Origin: Candidatus Woesearchaeota archaeon
GTDB taxonomy: Archaea; Nanobdellota; Nanobdellia; Woesearchaeales; ARS49
DNA: 64,000 nt
Direction of reading: 5' to 3'
Assembly: GCA_030750765.1 (NCBI GenBank)
Contig: JASMHM010000004.1
Coordinates: forward strand, 3,013 to 67,012
Translations under genes and position numbers: made by a program
Notes under the pieces: model-generated
Seen by the model: the letters and a program-made list of their open reading frames with translations, nothing else
Told to the model about the DNA's origin: nothing
Database searches by the model: none
Part shown: positions 8,408 to 18,195 of the stretch, piece by piece
Numbering within the stretch: position 1 is the first letter of the stretch
How the letters are laid out: each line of letters begins with the position of its first letter

Positions 8408-10108
8408 GTGACAAATTACATAGTCGTAGCTGGAGGAGTGATGAGCGGCGTAGGAAAGGGAATCGCTTCCGCAAGCATAGGAAAAATACTCCAAAATTAT
8501 GGTTATTCGGTCACCGCAGTCAAGATAGACCCCTACATTAATTGCGATGCAGGCACTATGCGACCCACCGAGCACGGAGAGGTATGGGTGACCATGGATG
8601 GTGGAGAGATCGACCAAGATTTAGGGAATTACGAACGTTTTCTGGGTTATCCCATCCCCAAAAGGAACAACATCACCACTGGACAGATCTACAAATACTT
8701 GATAGACAAGGAACGCAAAGGAGACTTCTTAGGACAAACAGTACAATTTATTCCTCATGTCATTGATGAGATCAAACGACGAGTGTACGAGGCAGGCGAC
8801 GGATACGACTTCGTCATCGTAGAGGTTGGTGGAACTATTGGAGATTATGAAAATTTGCCATTCATGTTTGCCATGAAAAGCTTGGAGAGAGAGGTAGGCC
8901 ATGATCATGTTGCTTACACGTTAATCACCTATCTTCCAGTACCAGGAAACATTGGCGAGATGAAAACCAAGCCAACACAGACCGCAATCCGATTACTTTC
9001 GGAATATGGCATCTTTCCTGACTTCATACTTTGCAGGGCAGACCTGGACCTTGATGATGTTCGCAAAAAAAAGATAGAGACGTACGCAAACATTGATTCT
9101 GACAACATTATCAGCGCTCCTGATGTGAAAAGCATCTATGAAGTGCCTCTAAACTTTGAAAGACAACATTTAGGGATGAAGTTGTTGAAAAAGTTCAACA
9201 TCCAACCAAAGAACGTGATGACCTGGGATGACTGGCAACAAAGAGTACGCTTGATCTTGGAGCCCTCCAAAAAAGTAAACGTTGCCATCGTTGGCAAGTA
9301 CTTAAGCACAGGCGATTTTACTTTGAAAGATTCTTACATCAGTATTTACGAAAGTTTAACGCACGCAGGAGCAGAAAATGACGTGGGCATCAATGTTGCC
9401 TTTGTCAGCGCCGATGACCTTCCAGACCTGAGCCAATTTGACGGCATCATCGTTCCTGGAGGTTTCGGAACAAAGGGCGTGCCTGGGAAGTTGCAAGCTA
9501 TTCAGTTCGCAAGAGAGAACGAAGTGCCCTATCTTGGGTTGTGCTTTGGGATGCAGTTAGCCGTTGTTGAGTTTGCACAAAATGTTTGTGCAATGCAAGC
9601 GCATTCCTCAGAAGTGGAGCCAGACATACCGGACAAGGTTGTTGACATCATGCCTGAGCAAGGAAAAGTTGAGGAAAAAGGAGGAACCATGCGTCTAGGC
9701 GGGTATGTTGCTAACTTGTTGCAAAATTCTTTAGTGCATTCCTTGTACGTCAATCGTATGAAGGAAGATGCTGAAGAGGTCAAGAAAATGTCCGCCAATA
9801 GACAAGGCATGCTCGGTAGGAATCCTGTTATCGAGATCCACCGTCATAGGTACGAGGTCAACCCTGAGTTTTTGAACAAACTCCAAGATCGAGGACTTGT
9901 CATAAGTGGCTATCACAAAAGAGTGGATGGAACCATGCTCGCAGAGTTTATCGAACTACCGCATCATCCTTTCTTTGTAGGAACGCAAGCACATCCAGAG
10001 TTTAGGAGTACGCTGCTAGAACCTGCTCCTCTGTTCTCTGGTTTTGTTAGAGCTTGTCTGAACAAAAAACAAAAAGTTGAGACAGTACAAGAACCTGGGG
10101 CTGCTTAG
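8408..10108 (+). CDS. pyrG: CTP synthase
   Basis: VVAGGVMSGVGKGI synthetase N-terminus and GATase GLCFGMQ…RHRYEVN. Probable GTG start at 8408, 20 bp after CGCTATAAAGGTG. The 31-codon in-frame upstream extension from 8315 would overlap the previous gene. Confidence 0.9.
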   Translation: MTNYIVVAGGVMSGVGKGIASASIGKILQNYGYSVTAVKIDPYINCDAGTMRPTEHGEVWVTMDGGEIDQDLGNYERFLGYPIPKRNNITTGQIYKYLIDKERKGDFLGQTVQFIPHVIDEIKRRVYEAGDGYDFVIVEVGGTIGDYENLPFMFAMKSLEREVGHDHVAYTLITYLPVPGNIGEMKTKPTQTAIRLLSEYGIFPDFILCRADLDLDDVRKKKIETYANIDSDNIISAPDVKSIYEVPLNFERQHLGMKLLKKFNIQPKNVMTWDDWQQRVRLILEPSKKVNVAIVGKYLSTGDFTLKDSYISIYESLTHAGAENDVGINVAFVSADDLPDLSQFDGIIVPGGFGTKGVPGKLQAIQFARENEVPYLGLCFGMQLAVVEFAQNVCAMQAHSSEVEPDIPDKVVDIMPEQGKVEEKGGTMRLGGYVANLLQNSLVHSLYVNRMKEDAEEVKKMSANRQGMLGRNPVIEIHRHRYEVNPEFLNKLQDRGLVISGYHKRVDGTMLAEFIELPHHPFFVGTQAHPEFRSTLLEPAPLFSGFVRACLNKKQKVETVQEPGAA

Positions 10109-11259
10109 AACGACAATAAATTCATCTGTGTTTCTTTCAAAATCTTAGAATGGTCAAATAACTTGCCAACATCAAAGCCGTGCTGCTCAAGAATCATCCT
10201 TTTTGCGTACATAAGCATGCTTTCCTTGTTAGGGAAGCCGATAGATTGTTGTGCTAGCGCGTGACGTGTTGCTTCCCTCGTCACCCACACTCCCAAGGGG
10301 GTGTCATACGCTGGAGTTACGAATCTAAAGACAAGAACTGACGCTTGGCGCTTCAACTCTGCTAGCTTTTCTGTTATGGCTAACCTCACACTATAGTATC
10401 CGCCAGTACAATTTTCTGCATAACGTGACCTTCCCCTAAACCCTTCGTAGTCTGTGCTCACTTCTAGTCTTTCTTTGGCAGGAAGCATCATCTCAAAGAG
10501 CTCATACTGCCAGCGTTCTGGGAGAAGCATGATCAGGTAATGATTGCCCAGATAACTCCCATAAAACATTTGATAATCTGCAGTGGACTGTTCTTTCAAA
10601 TCCTTAAGTACGTGTTTGGCAAGCATGTCGTCCGTCGCTGTGATGCTCCATCTTGTCGGCACCAATCTCTTATCTAACCCTAACGTTCCTACGCTGAGTA
10701 TCCTGCTTAGATAGTGCTCGTCAAAGCCTGCGTTGTATAAGGTTTGTATTTGTTCCACACTTTTCAGCTCATCACTCACTACCTTGTCTACTTTGGTAGG
10801 GATTTTGGCGTTACTCGTGAGTTTTATCTTGGATAGCTCTGCGCTAGGTCCGGTCGGGGCTGCAACATCGTCTGTGGCCAAACTCCAATGTGGCTTTTTC
10901 TTTAGCTCTACCTCAACATCCACCGGTCGCATGGACAACGCGGTAAGTTGCGCGAACTCTACAGGTTCGTCCACCTTTGCTTTCACTTGAGAGTTGACCA
11001 GGGCACCTCTAAAACCCACGACTTCGTTAGTTCCATAGTTTTCGTGATGCCAAAATTTTGGGGCATCATACTGCCAGGTGTGGTTGCCCATCTCTGGAGG
11101 GCACAACAATCCTACATTCACATGAGGATAGCCGTACCTGCCAACAAAAGGAGCAGGAGCAGAAGCTTGGAACTTTTCCCCCATTCCTTTCATCTTTTGA
11201 AACTTCACATCCGTTTTGAGGATGTCCTGCCATTTCTTGACTAGCATAGTCGTGGACAA
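10105..11259 (-). CDS. Nre-like (DUF650/DUF651) putative DNA-repair protein, lacking the usual N-terminal C4 zinc ribbon
   Basis: PFVGRYGYPHVNVGLL motif recalled from archaeal NreA proteins; 384 aa. Overlaps the pyrG stop by 4 nt (convergent). Confidence 0.45.
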   Translation of the reverse strand: MSTTMLVKKWQDILKTDVKFQKMKGMGEKFQASAPAPFVGRYGYPHVNVGLLCPPEMGNHTWQYDAPKFWHHENYGTNEVVGFRGALVNSQVKAKVDEPVEFAQLTALSMRPVDVEVELKKKPHWSLATDDVAAPTGPSAELSKIKLTSNAKIPTKVDKVVSDELKSVEQIQTLYNAGFDEHYLSRILSVGTLGLDKRLVPTRWSITATDDMLAKHVLKDLKEQSTADYQMFYGSYLGNHYLIMLLPERWQYELFEMMLPAKERLEVSTDYEGFRGRSRYAENCTGGYYSVRLAITEKLAELKRQASVLVFRFVTPAYDTPLGVWVTREATRHALAQQSIGFPNKESMLMYAKRMILEQHGFDVGKLFDHSKILKETQMNLLSF

Positions 11260-11354
11260 GACTCCGGCGCATTTAAGCTTTCTGCACCGAAATAGTTAAA
11301 TACTCCAAGAGTTGGCCAAGAGGTATACCCCATCGAGGGTAGGAGGACAATAAT

Positions 11355-12506
11355 ATGGGATTAGTTGATTTTCTTACAAAGGAACGAGGCTGGACAGGAT
11401 TAGGAAAGAAGTTTGGTGATGTAAAAGGTAAATTCTTAGATGACGGTTTCAAAAACAAGGCTGTAGAATTAGACAACGCTATGACCACACGATTGAAAGA
11501 TCTTAACGGCATGGCGGGAGCCGCCAATTCTCAAAGTAGCGTGTTGAACGTACTTATGTCCAACGCAAAGCACCTTGCCTTGGTCAATCAAGGCAAAACA
11601 CGAACATTAAACGAAGGTAAGATACTATTGGCTCCTTGGAAAGCAGTAGGAAGCACCATGGTTAACTCAATCACTGGCTCCTGGGAACAACTCAAACAAT
11701 TGGCAGTGTACCGCATGGATTCACGATACGGAGAAAACAAGAGGGAAATCGCACGTATTAGAGCAGAGTTAAAGGCAAAGCTCGCAGAAATCGAAGCGGC
11801 ATATGCTGAAGCAAAGACTGCTTTAGATACCTCGCGCAAAGATGCGGTGAGCACCATATCCAACGCTAATAGAGACAGAAAGAAAGCGCAATCTTTAGTT
11901 GATAGCCTAAGCAAATCAACCAAGAAAGCAAGCGCGCGAGAACTAGCAATTGTGCTGGCCTCCATTGGTGTAGCGGACAAAGCAGCAAGGGACGCTCTAG
12001 CAGCCATTCTCGAACGACTGACCGACGCACAAGCCGCATTAGACCAAGTCAGAATCGACATTGAAGATTTGAAAAGACAAGTCGCTGAAGAAAAGGATGA
12101 CGAGCGGTACTACGCACAGGCAAAGACAGATGCCGAAAGGGAAAAATTGCGTAAGAAAAGGGCTCAAAACATGCTTGCGTATATTGAGGAAAGAAGGCGT
12201 GCTGGTGTGATAGCTAACGCGCAGCACTTCTGGGACGTCCTCACAACCATTGACTGGGCTGTTGCAGCTCCTGCGGTTGATAGCTTTGGTGATCTCGCAG
12301 GTGATCCGTACCTGGACGAATTCCGCACAGCTATGCTGCAAGAGGTTGTGTTCCTGCGTGACTACTTGAACAAGTTCGCAGCTGAGCAACAACTTGCTCA
12401 ACAGCTAAATTTGCAAAGCGCACAAGACGCAGCCGCTATTGGCCAAGCTCTTAGTACGGCAGCAAGTGCTCTTAGCGGAATAAAGACTGGTTCCATCTTG
12501 GTCTAG
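11355..12506 (+). CDS. Ala-rich coiled-coil protein, hypothetical
   Basis: 383-aa ORF with long predicted coiled coil. GGAGGA Shine-Dalgarno-like element 8 bp upstream of the ATG. Confidence 0.6.
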   Translation: MGLVDFLTKERGWTGLGKKFGDVKGKFLDDGFKNKAVELDNAMTTRLKDLNGMAGAANSQSSVLNVLMSNAKHLALVNQGKTRTLNEGKILLAPWKAVGSTMVNSITGSWEQLKQLAVYRMDSRYGENKREIARIRAELKAKLAEIEAAYAEAKTALDTSRKDAVSTISNANRDRKKAQSLVDSLSKSTKKASARELAIVLASIGVADKAARDALAAILERLTDAQAALDQVRIDIEDLKRQVAEEKDDERYYAQAKTDAEREKLRKKRAQNMLAYIEERRRAGVIANAQHFWDVLTTIDWAVAAPAVDSFGDLAGDPYLDEFRTAMLQEVVFLRDYLNKFAAEQQLAQQLNLQSAQDAAAIGQALSTAASALSGIKTGSILV

Positions 12507-12515
12507 GGGCTCGGC

Positions 12516-13223
12516 TTAGATCTCTCTGAGTAAGGATACGCGTCGAGGCTGGCCAGTATCTAGATGACTGGTTGCACCGGGGTATTCTCGTAGTCTGGCA
12601 GCTAAACTGGTCATAGGGATGTCGTATTGCCTACACCTGTCCACCATATAGTTAACCGCGTGGACCATATTTGCAGGATCGCTTAACCAAGGATCTGAAA
12701 CAGAAAGCATTTCATCGAGAACTGCCTCGTCATCAGGCCTTTCAAAATCTATTCTTGGGGGTTGTTCCTGGATATCTCTTAATAGGCGTCCAGGTTCTAA
12801 CGCACGGTCAAAATGACCTGCGATAACTGGAGTGATGAGTTCTTTTTTTTGCATTTGACCAAGGCTAACATCAAATGCTTCTTCGGTTTGTAGGTCGCTG
12901 AAAGATAAGGATTTGATGAGATGGATGGGACCTGGGCGCGTTTTGTATTGAGCGTCATGAGAATATGCTCTTGAAATTATATTCCACACTCCTCTGTCTT
13001 CGTAGAACGGATGCGCTATTGTATTTAGATAGAACGTCAGTAGTTGTCCCCAAACCGAAAGATCTGAAGGGTTGAGTTGATCTATTCCTGGGTGTGTGAG
13101 AAATGTGTGCACCTTTCGATAGCGCATTGCGTCTGCAGGCTTGTCATTTTTCCACTCGTTTTTTGGGAAAAGTGCTCTTCGGTCTGCGGTAGAGAATAGT
13201 GCGTCTATAACTTCCGTCCCCAT
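12516..13223 (-). CDS. hypothetical protein
   Basis: 235-aa ORF. CTTTAAAAGG box upstream on the minus strand. Confidence 0.55.
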   Translation of the reverse strand: MGTEVIDALFSTADRRALFPKNEWKNDKPADAMRYRKVHTFLTHPGIDQLNPSDLSVWGQLLTFYLNTIAHPFYEDRGVWNIISRAYSHDAQYKTRPGPIHLIKSLSFSDLQTEEAFDVSLGQMQKKELITPVIAGHFDRALEPGRLLRDIQEQPPRIDFERPDDEAVLDEMLSVSDPWLSDPANMVHAVNYMVDRCRQYDIPMTSLAARLREYPGATSHLDTGQPRRVSLLREI

Positions 13224-13269
13224 ACAGTTACTAGTGAAATGGGCCTTTTAAAGGTGACCATTAGGGAAC

Positions 13270-13425
13270 TTACAGTTTTAGAGCTATAGGTTCGCTTTCT
13301 TCGTAGTGAGGCTCGTCCTTAGCATCCTTCCTAAACTGACTGCAAGACTTCTTGCTTTCCCAGAAAAACCAGCATTTCCTGCCAAACGTCTTGAAACTCC
13401 TACATCCTTGGCAGACCACACTCAT
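13270..13425 (-). CDS. candidate 51-aa Cys-containing small protein (C-x2-C…C…C)
   Basis: ORF MSVVCQGCRSFKTFGRKCWFFWESKKSC…, absent from the ≥60-aa ORF track. CCTTTTTAAGAG box about 25 bp upstream on the minus strand. Confidence 0.25.
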   Translation of the reverse strand: MSVVCQGCRSFKTFGRKCWFFWESKKSCSQFRKDAKDEPHYEESEPIALKL

Positions 13426-13491
13426 GAGCGATTTGAGGCGGTTTACTCTTAAAAAGGTAACGCTTTTTAAGCACCTATCGTTCTGCGGTTT

Positions 13492-14505
13492 ATGCTCACA
13501 AAACCCGAAATTGCAGAGTTAGGGAAGATTATAGACGCTGCAGAACGTCCTTTCGTGTTCTTCCACGACGATCCTGACGGGTTAGCAAGCTTTTTGTTGT
13601 TGTATCGCAAGATCCAGGTGGGTAAGGGTTACCCGTTGAAGGCAGCACCACAGCTCACCATGGATTATGCAAGGTTAACAGCAGATTACGGAGCAGATAC
13701 CGTGATTATTTTGGACATTGCCATGGCAGACCAAGACTTTCTTGATGCCCTACATCTTCCCACTGTCTGGGTAGACCATCACCAACTACAAAAACCAAAG
13801 AATGTGTTGTACCTCAACCCTCAAGTGCGCAAAAAGAACATCCCCACACCTGCATTATTGTGGCCGCTAGCAAGAAAGGAAGATCTTTGGATTGCTACTG
13901 TAGGATGCGTGGGGGACTGGCACGTTCCGAGCTTTGCAAAGGAATGTAAGAAACAATATCCGTACTTGTTTGGGAAGAAAATGACTGTACAGGATCTTTT
14001 GTTCAATAGCAATCTAGGAATTCTTGCAAGAGTGTTCTCTTTTTGTCTGAAAGGCTCCACCTCCGACGTGAATACGAACGTGAAAATATTTACGAGAATA
14101 CAAGATCCTAAGGAAATACTAGAACAGACCACCCCACAAGGCAAGTACATTTGGAGATATTACTCAAAAATTAACGTACACTACGAAAAACTAAGAGAAG
14201 AAGCGCTAAAATCAGTCAAAGATGATCCTTTACTCGTGTTTACGTATGGTGATGATAAGCTAAGCTTGACAAAGGATCTGGCAAACGAACTACTAGCACT
14301 GCATCCTGACAAGATCATCGTTTTGGGCAGAAGAAAGTCCGGCGAAGTACGCTGCTCCTTGCGTTCTGGACCAAAAATCAACGTAAGAGATAAGTTAATG
14401 AACGCGCTAACCAAGGTAGACGGAAGAGGTGGCGGCCACGAGCAAGCGTGCGGTTGTGCCATCAAAGAAGACGATTTTGAGCGGTTTCTCGACGAATTAC
14501 GGTGA
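13492..14505 (+). CDS. DHH/DHHA1-family phosphoesterase (NrnA / archaeal RecJ-like)
   Basis: FFHDDPDGLAS, VDHH and C-terminal GGGHEQACG (DHHA1) motifs. TATA CGCTTTTTAAGC about 15-20 bp upstream. Confidence 0.8.
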   Translation: MLTKPEIAELGKIIDAAERPFVFFHDDPDGLASFLLLYRKIQVGKGYPLKAAPQLTMDYARLTADYGADTVIILDIAMADQDFLDALHLPTVWVDHHQLQKPKNVLYLNPQVRKKNIPTPALLWPLARKEDLWIATVGCVGDWHVPSFAKECKKQYPYLFGKKMTVQDLLFNSNLGILARVFSFCLKGSTSDVNTNVKIFTRIQDPKEILEQTTPQGKYIWRYYSKINVHYEKLREEALKSVKDDPLLVFTYGDDKLSLTKDLANELLALHPDKIIVLGRRKSGEVRCSLRSGPKINVRDKLMNALTKVDGRGGGHEQACGCAIKEDDFERFLDELR

Positions 14506-14538
14506 AATTTATAAGTCTGCACCTTCTTAAATACTCGA

Positions 14539-16548
14539 GTGAAGATGAGGAAGAAAAAGAAACGCAAGCCAGAGGCTCGTAACTGGGTACAGTTTGCTGG
14601 CGATCCAGATAATGTTCGTTACATGACACCCTCAAGTGACTTGTACAAGCTTTTCACCCCAACAGGCGAAGAGACCATCGCAGCTCGCGATTTCATGACC
14701 GGAATGGCGGTGGAGCACGACGGATTGCAAGGGATTGAAGGTGCCGTAGCAAAAGTGCTTTCTTTGCTGAAACGTAAGAAGGCGTACAGGGGCTTCTTCA
14801 ATGACGTCTATCTTGACCCTGTATCTGGAGAACCTGTTTCCTGGTTCTATGTCCGACTCCTACAAAGTTTTGGAAACGAAGCAGGAGTGTTTACTGGCGG
14901 TCTTACCCGAGATACTGCAGAGACCTGGCTCCGTAAAGGTAACACGCTTACTGAGGGCCAACGAGGCCAGTTATGCAGAAAGGTTACTGAGTATATGAAC
15001 GCCGAGGAAAACGTGATAACGGAGGATGCGGTGCGTCTCTGGCTCACAGGTCAGACCACTATGCCAAAGAAAAAAAGCCTGACACGTCTCACAGCGCATA
15101 AAGATACTAGCGGAAAACCTGACGAGATCGCAGAGATGACTCGCCTCTTCATGGAAACCGGAGCCGACACCAGAAGAGCGTACTTGGAGGTTATGGATTT
15201 TCCCCGGCAAGTTCGCAAGCGACTCAAGAGTCATCTACAAAGAAAGCAGCATGTATTCTCTGAAGGTCGAGCACGAGGACAACGACGAGAGGTGTTTGAC
15301 AAGCAAGAACTCATTGGTGGAGTTATAGACGGTTTAGGGGAGGTGTTGTTACAAGAAGTCATACCTGCAGAACGAACCATCGTGGCAACCGGCGTCGTAC
15401 CAAAACAGGATCGTAGTTCCTATCCTCGATTGAACAACCGAGTCACCACCACCAGCTCACTTCACCAAGCAGTAGAGGATAGATTCTTGCTGAAAGCTCT
15501 TGTCAGAGAAGCCATACACCAATACACAAGACATCTTGTTTACAATAGTGGAGATGTCCCTGCCATGGACGTGTACTACGGCAACGTTCTAGATGCGATT
15601 CTCTTGTCAAAGATGCCCTATACCGATCCCATCCTCCAAAAATATCAGGAAGAGCAAAGAATAGTCATGGCCAACCGAGATGAGGGCACCAACGCAGTCA
15701 CGCAGTCACTGCTAGCCAGATCAGAAAAGGAAGAAGCCTTTGCCGAAGAAGTGTATCGAGCGATAAGCTTGGGCACCATAGACGAATTTCTAAGTTTGAA
15801 CGAAGGAGACGTCGAACACCACACCGTCAGGAACGCCCTAGAGTCATTTGCAAATATTCACTTACCCAAATCGTTCTGGGAGTATGAACTAGTGTGGATC
15901 GAGGCAAATACTGCCGAGGTCCTAGACTTTGCCAAGAGCGAACGTCGTTCTGACAAATTGGAAGCGTATCTTCAAAAACAATACAGTATTGAAACCTCGC
16001 GCATAGGGCGGTTACTTGATGACTGGAAGCTTACACAAATTGATACGGACTTCTTGTTAGACCACACCATGTCATTGCAAGACGTGGGGGCATATGATTT
16101 TCATCGACGAAAGATAGCCCTAGCTCATGACGCACGAATCCTAGAAAAGGAAGAAGTGTGCAGGACACTGGAAAGATATGATGTTGGAGACCTCATTAAG
16201 GTAGCGTCTGGACTCAATTTTTCAAAACTTCCACAAGTACAACAGGAAGCAATGGACACACTTCACACGGAAATATTCACTGATGGAGAGACGCGTGAGG
16301 AGTACTTCTTTGATGGTATCCACCCCATGTTTTCCAAGGGACTTCCAGTGCGTTGGGTCGCTTCTGTCCAAAAAGCCGTACATTCTCGAACACACCAGCC
16401 GGTCGTAGAGATCGTCGTACCCTCTAGCGACCCCGCTAGACCAGGTGTACGAAAGTATGTAACGGATGTGCAGTTCGATCAAGTGTTTGGAGCCTTTGCT
16501 TACCGTCCTCCAAGAACCCAAGAAGAATTAGACGCATTTCTCTCGTGA
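14539..16548 (+). CDS. large hypothetical protein (669 aa), no recognisable domain
   Basis: Long ORF 34 bp after the DHH gene. GTG at 14539 or ATG at 14545; TTTATAAG box at about 14508. Confidence 0.65.
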   Translation: MKMRKKKKRKPEARNWVQFAGDPDNVRYMTPSSDLYKLFTPTGEETIAARDFMTGMAVEHDGLQGIEGAVAKVLSLLKRKKAYRGFFNDVYLDPVSGEPVSWFYVRLLQSFGNEAGVFTGGLTRDTAETWLRKGNTLTEGQRGQLCRKVTEYMNAEENVITEDAVRLWLTGQTTMPKKKSLTRLTAHKDTSGKPDEIAEMTRLFMETGADTRRAYLEVMDFPRQVRKRLKSHLQRKQHVFSEGRARGQRREVFDKQELIGGVIDGLGEVLLQEVIPAERTIVATGVVPKQDRSSYPRLNNRVTTTSSLHQAVEDRFLLKALVREAIHQYTRHLVYNSGDVPAMDVYYGNVLDAILLSKMPYTDPILQKYQEEQRIVMANRDEGTNAVTQSLLARSEKEEAFAEEVYRAISLGTIDEFLSLNEGDVEHHTVRNALESFANIHLPKSFWEYELVWIEANTAEVLDFAKSERRSDKLEAYLQKQYSIETSRIGRLLDDWKLTQIDTDFLLDHTMSLQDVGAYDFHRRKIALAHDARILEKEEVCRTLERYDVGDLIKVASGLNFSKLPQVQQEAMDTLHTEIFTDGETREEYFFDGIHPMFSKGLPVRWVASVQKAVHSRTHQPVVEIVVPSSDPARPGVRKYVTDVQFDQVFGAFAYRPPRTQEELDAFLS

Positions 16549-16581
16549 AAGTATTATAAATGCGGAGGTTTCCTTTCCCAC

Positions 16582-16995
16582 ATGGTCTTTACCATAAAGA
16601 AGTTGAAGACGATGTCCCGCTTCGAGCTTGATAGAGTGTGGAAAGGGATAAGCATCCATCGCACACCTCAAGGACGGTTCCGCGGCTACGTCTTAATCCA
16701 TCCTAGTATAATAGGCATGCTGGTGGCAAATCTTTTGGGGAGTTTTTGGCAAGGAAAAGTATTCTTGCCAGGGAAGAGATGCAAAAACATCATTGCAGGT
16801 CAAGAATTCTTCCAAGCACGCACGCCCATGGGGGACAGCTTGTTTGACCACGAACCTTGCTTGCTTTTGGACTACTCCCGTCAGATTATGGGATCTCATT
16901 TGCGGGATGAGATACGACAGATCATCCCTGGACTGTATCTCGGTCGGGTGTACGTGTTTGGCAGGTTTGTAGGGTTCTTCGTCCTCAAAAAATAA
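16582..16995 (+). CDS. hypothetical protein
   Basis: 137-aa ORF. GTATTATAAATG box 20 bp upstream. Confidence 0.5.
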   Translation: MVFTIKKLKTMSRFELDRVWKGISIHRTPQGRFRGYVLIHPSIIGMLVANLLGSFWQGKVFLPGKRCKNIIAGQEFFQARTPMGDSLFDHEPCLLLDYSRQIMGSHLRDEIRQIIPGLYLGRVYVFGRFVGFFVLKK

Positions 16996-17038
16996 TCGCG
17001 CAACCTTTATAATAGACTATAGAGTCATGCTACCTACG

Positions 17039-17109
17039 CGTCGATAGTTCAATGGCAGAATAGCGGCCTTCCAAGCCGCGGATCAGGGTTCGAATCCCTG
17101 TCGACGCAT
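17039..17109 (+). tRNA. tRNA-Gly (anticodon TCC)
   Basis: Hand-folded cloverleaf: acceptor GCGTCGA/TCGACGC, anticodon stem GCGGC/GCCGC with loop CTTCCAA, T-arm CAGGG-TTCGAAT-CCCTG, discriminator A, no encoded CCA. CCTTTATAATAG box 23 bp upstream. Confidence 0.85.
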
Positions 17110-17529
17110 ATGCGCTGGTACGAACGTAAGGGTGCAGGACCAGGGATGTTCTTCGCAGGATTATTCGTTCTCTATCAAGGCCTTTTGGGATTCATTCCCG
17201 CTCATGAACAAATGAAAACAGGCAAGACGCCTGCCGTGGCAGAGCGAACGATTCGCTATCAAAATGGGATCATCAAGATGTCTTCTTGGCCAGGAAGGCA
17301 GGTAGCCTACATCCCCGGCCATATTCGCTTTTGGTTCACCTCTCCTACAGATGAGATGGAGAAAATCGTCAATGCTCCAGAAAGCAATGATCAATTCTTG
17401 AACAACGGTGAGTTCGGCAAGGATCAGTGGAACGCTCCCTCCTTTGGTAGGCATGAGGACGAAAATCTGCAGTGGAAGGACACCGTTCTTCCTCCTTATG
17501 AGGAAAACGTTCAGCAGGAACCGGACTAG
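17110..17529 (+). CDS. hypothetical protein (possible single-TM); start uncertain
   Basis: ORF fills the tRNA-Gly to PIG-L gap. An alternative antisense ORF at 17161-17532 cannot be excluded from sequence alone. Confidence 0.3.
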   Translation: MRWYERKGAGPGMFFAGLFVLYQGLLGFIPAHEQMKTGKTPAVAERTIRYQNGIIKMSSWPGRQVAYIPGHIRFWFTSPTDEMEKIVNAPESNDQFLNNGEFGKDQWNAPSFGRHEDENLQWKDTVLPPYEENVQQEPD

Positions 17530-17562
17530 CACCTTTTTAAACTTCCAGTAGATTCAATCATT

Positions 17563-18195
17563 ATGGTTCATACCTTAGTGATCTGTGCGCATAACGACGA
17601 CCAGATAGTGGGGGCAGGAGGAACGCTGGCAAAAGAAGCAGCACAAGGCAAAAGCTTCAAGACCGTTATTTTTTCGTACGGCGAGTTAAGCCATCCTCAC
17701 CTCAAGCCAGACGTCGTAGTGCAAAAAAGAAAGAAGGAAGGGATCAAAGGAGACCGATTACTGGGCAGCAAATGTACAGGATTCTTGGAATTGCCAGAAG
17801 GAAAGTTTCTAGCTCACGCAACCAAAGCAAAAAGAGCACTTGCTCAGCTAATCCGAAAAGAAAAGCCAAAACGCGTCTTCACCCACTCACCCAACGATCT
17901 GCACAGAGACCACCAAGCGGTTTTTTCCATCGTCCAATCACTAAGAAAATCTAAAGTGCTCACCTGTCCTGTGTACTCCTTCGAGGTATGGACACTACTT
18001 CCGATGAGGCAGAGAAAGCAGCCCAAGTTAGTGGTGGATGTGAGTAACCATTTTCACAAAAAAATGAAGGCATTTTTTGTCCATGAATCACAATTAGGAA
18101 CCATTCTCAGCCTGACGTGGAAGCTCTACATCATGAATCGTATTGATGGTTTGCGCTATGGTTTTAAATTTGCAGAGGTGTTCAGACGAGTATGA
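17563..18195 (+). CDS. PIG-L/LmbE-family N-acetylglucosaminyl deacetylase
   Basis: VICAHNDDQIVGAGGTLAK and HRDHQAV motifs. TTTTTAAAC box at 17535-17543, 20 bp upstream. Confidence 0.8.
   Translation: MVHTLVICAHNDDQIVGAGGTLAKEAAQGKSFKTVIFSYGELSHPHLKPDVVVQKRKKEGIKGDRLLGSKCTGFLELPEGKFLAHATKAKRALAQLIRKEKPKRVFTHSPNDLHRDHQAVFSIVQSLRKSKVLTCPVYSFEVWTLLPMRQRKQPKLVVDVSNHFHKKMKAFFVHESQLGTILSLTWKLYIMNRIDGLRYGFKFAEVFRRV

Noticed and set aside
17161-17532. 123-aa minus-strand ORF antisense to the 17110-17529 ORF
   Set aside because: The two ORFs are mutually exclusive. I kept the plus-strand one at low confidence, because it ends immediately before the PIG-L promoter and follows the tRNA promoter orientation, but neither has domain support.
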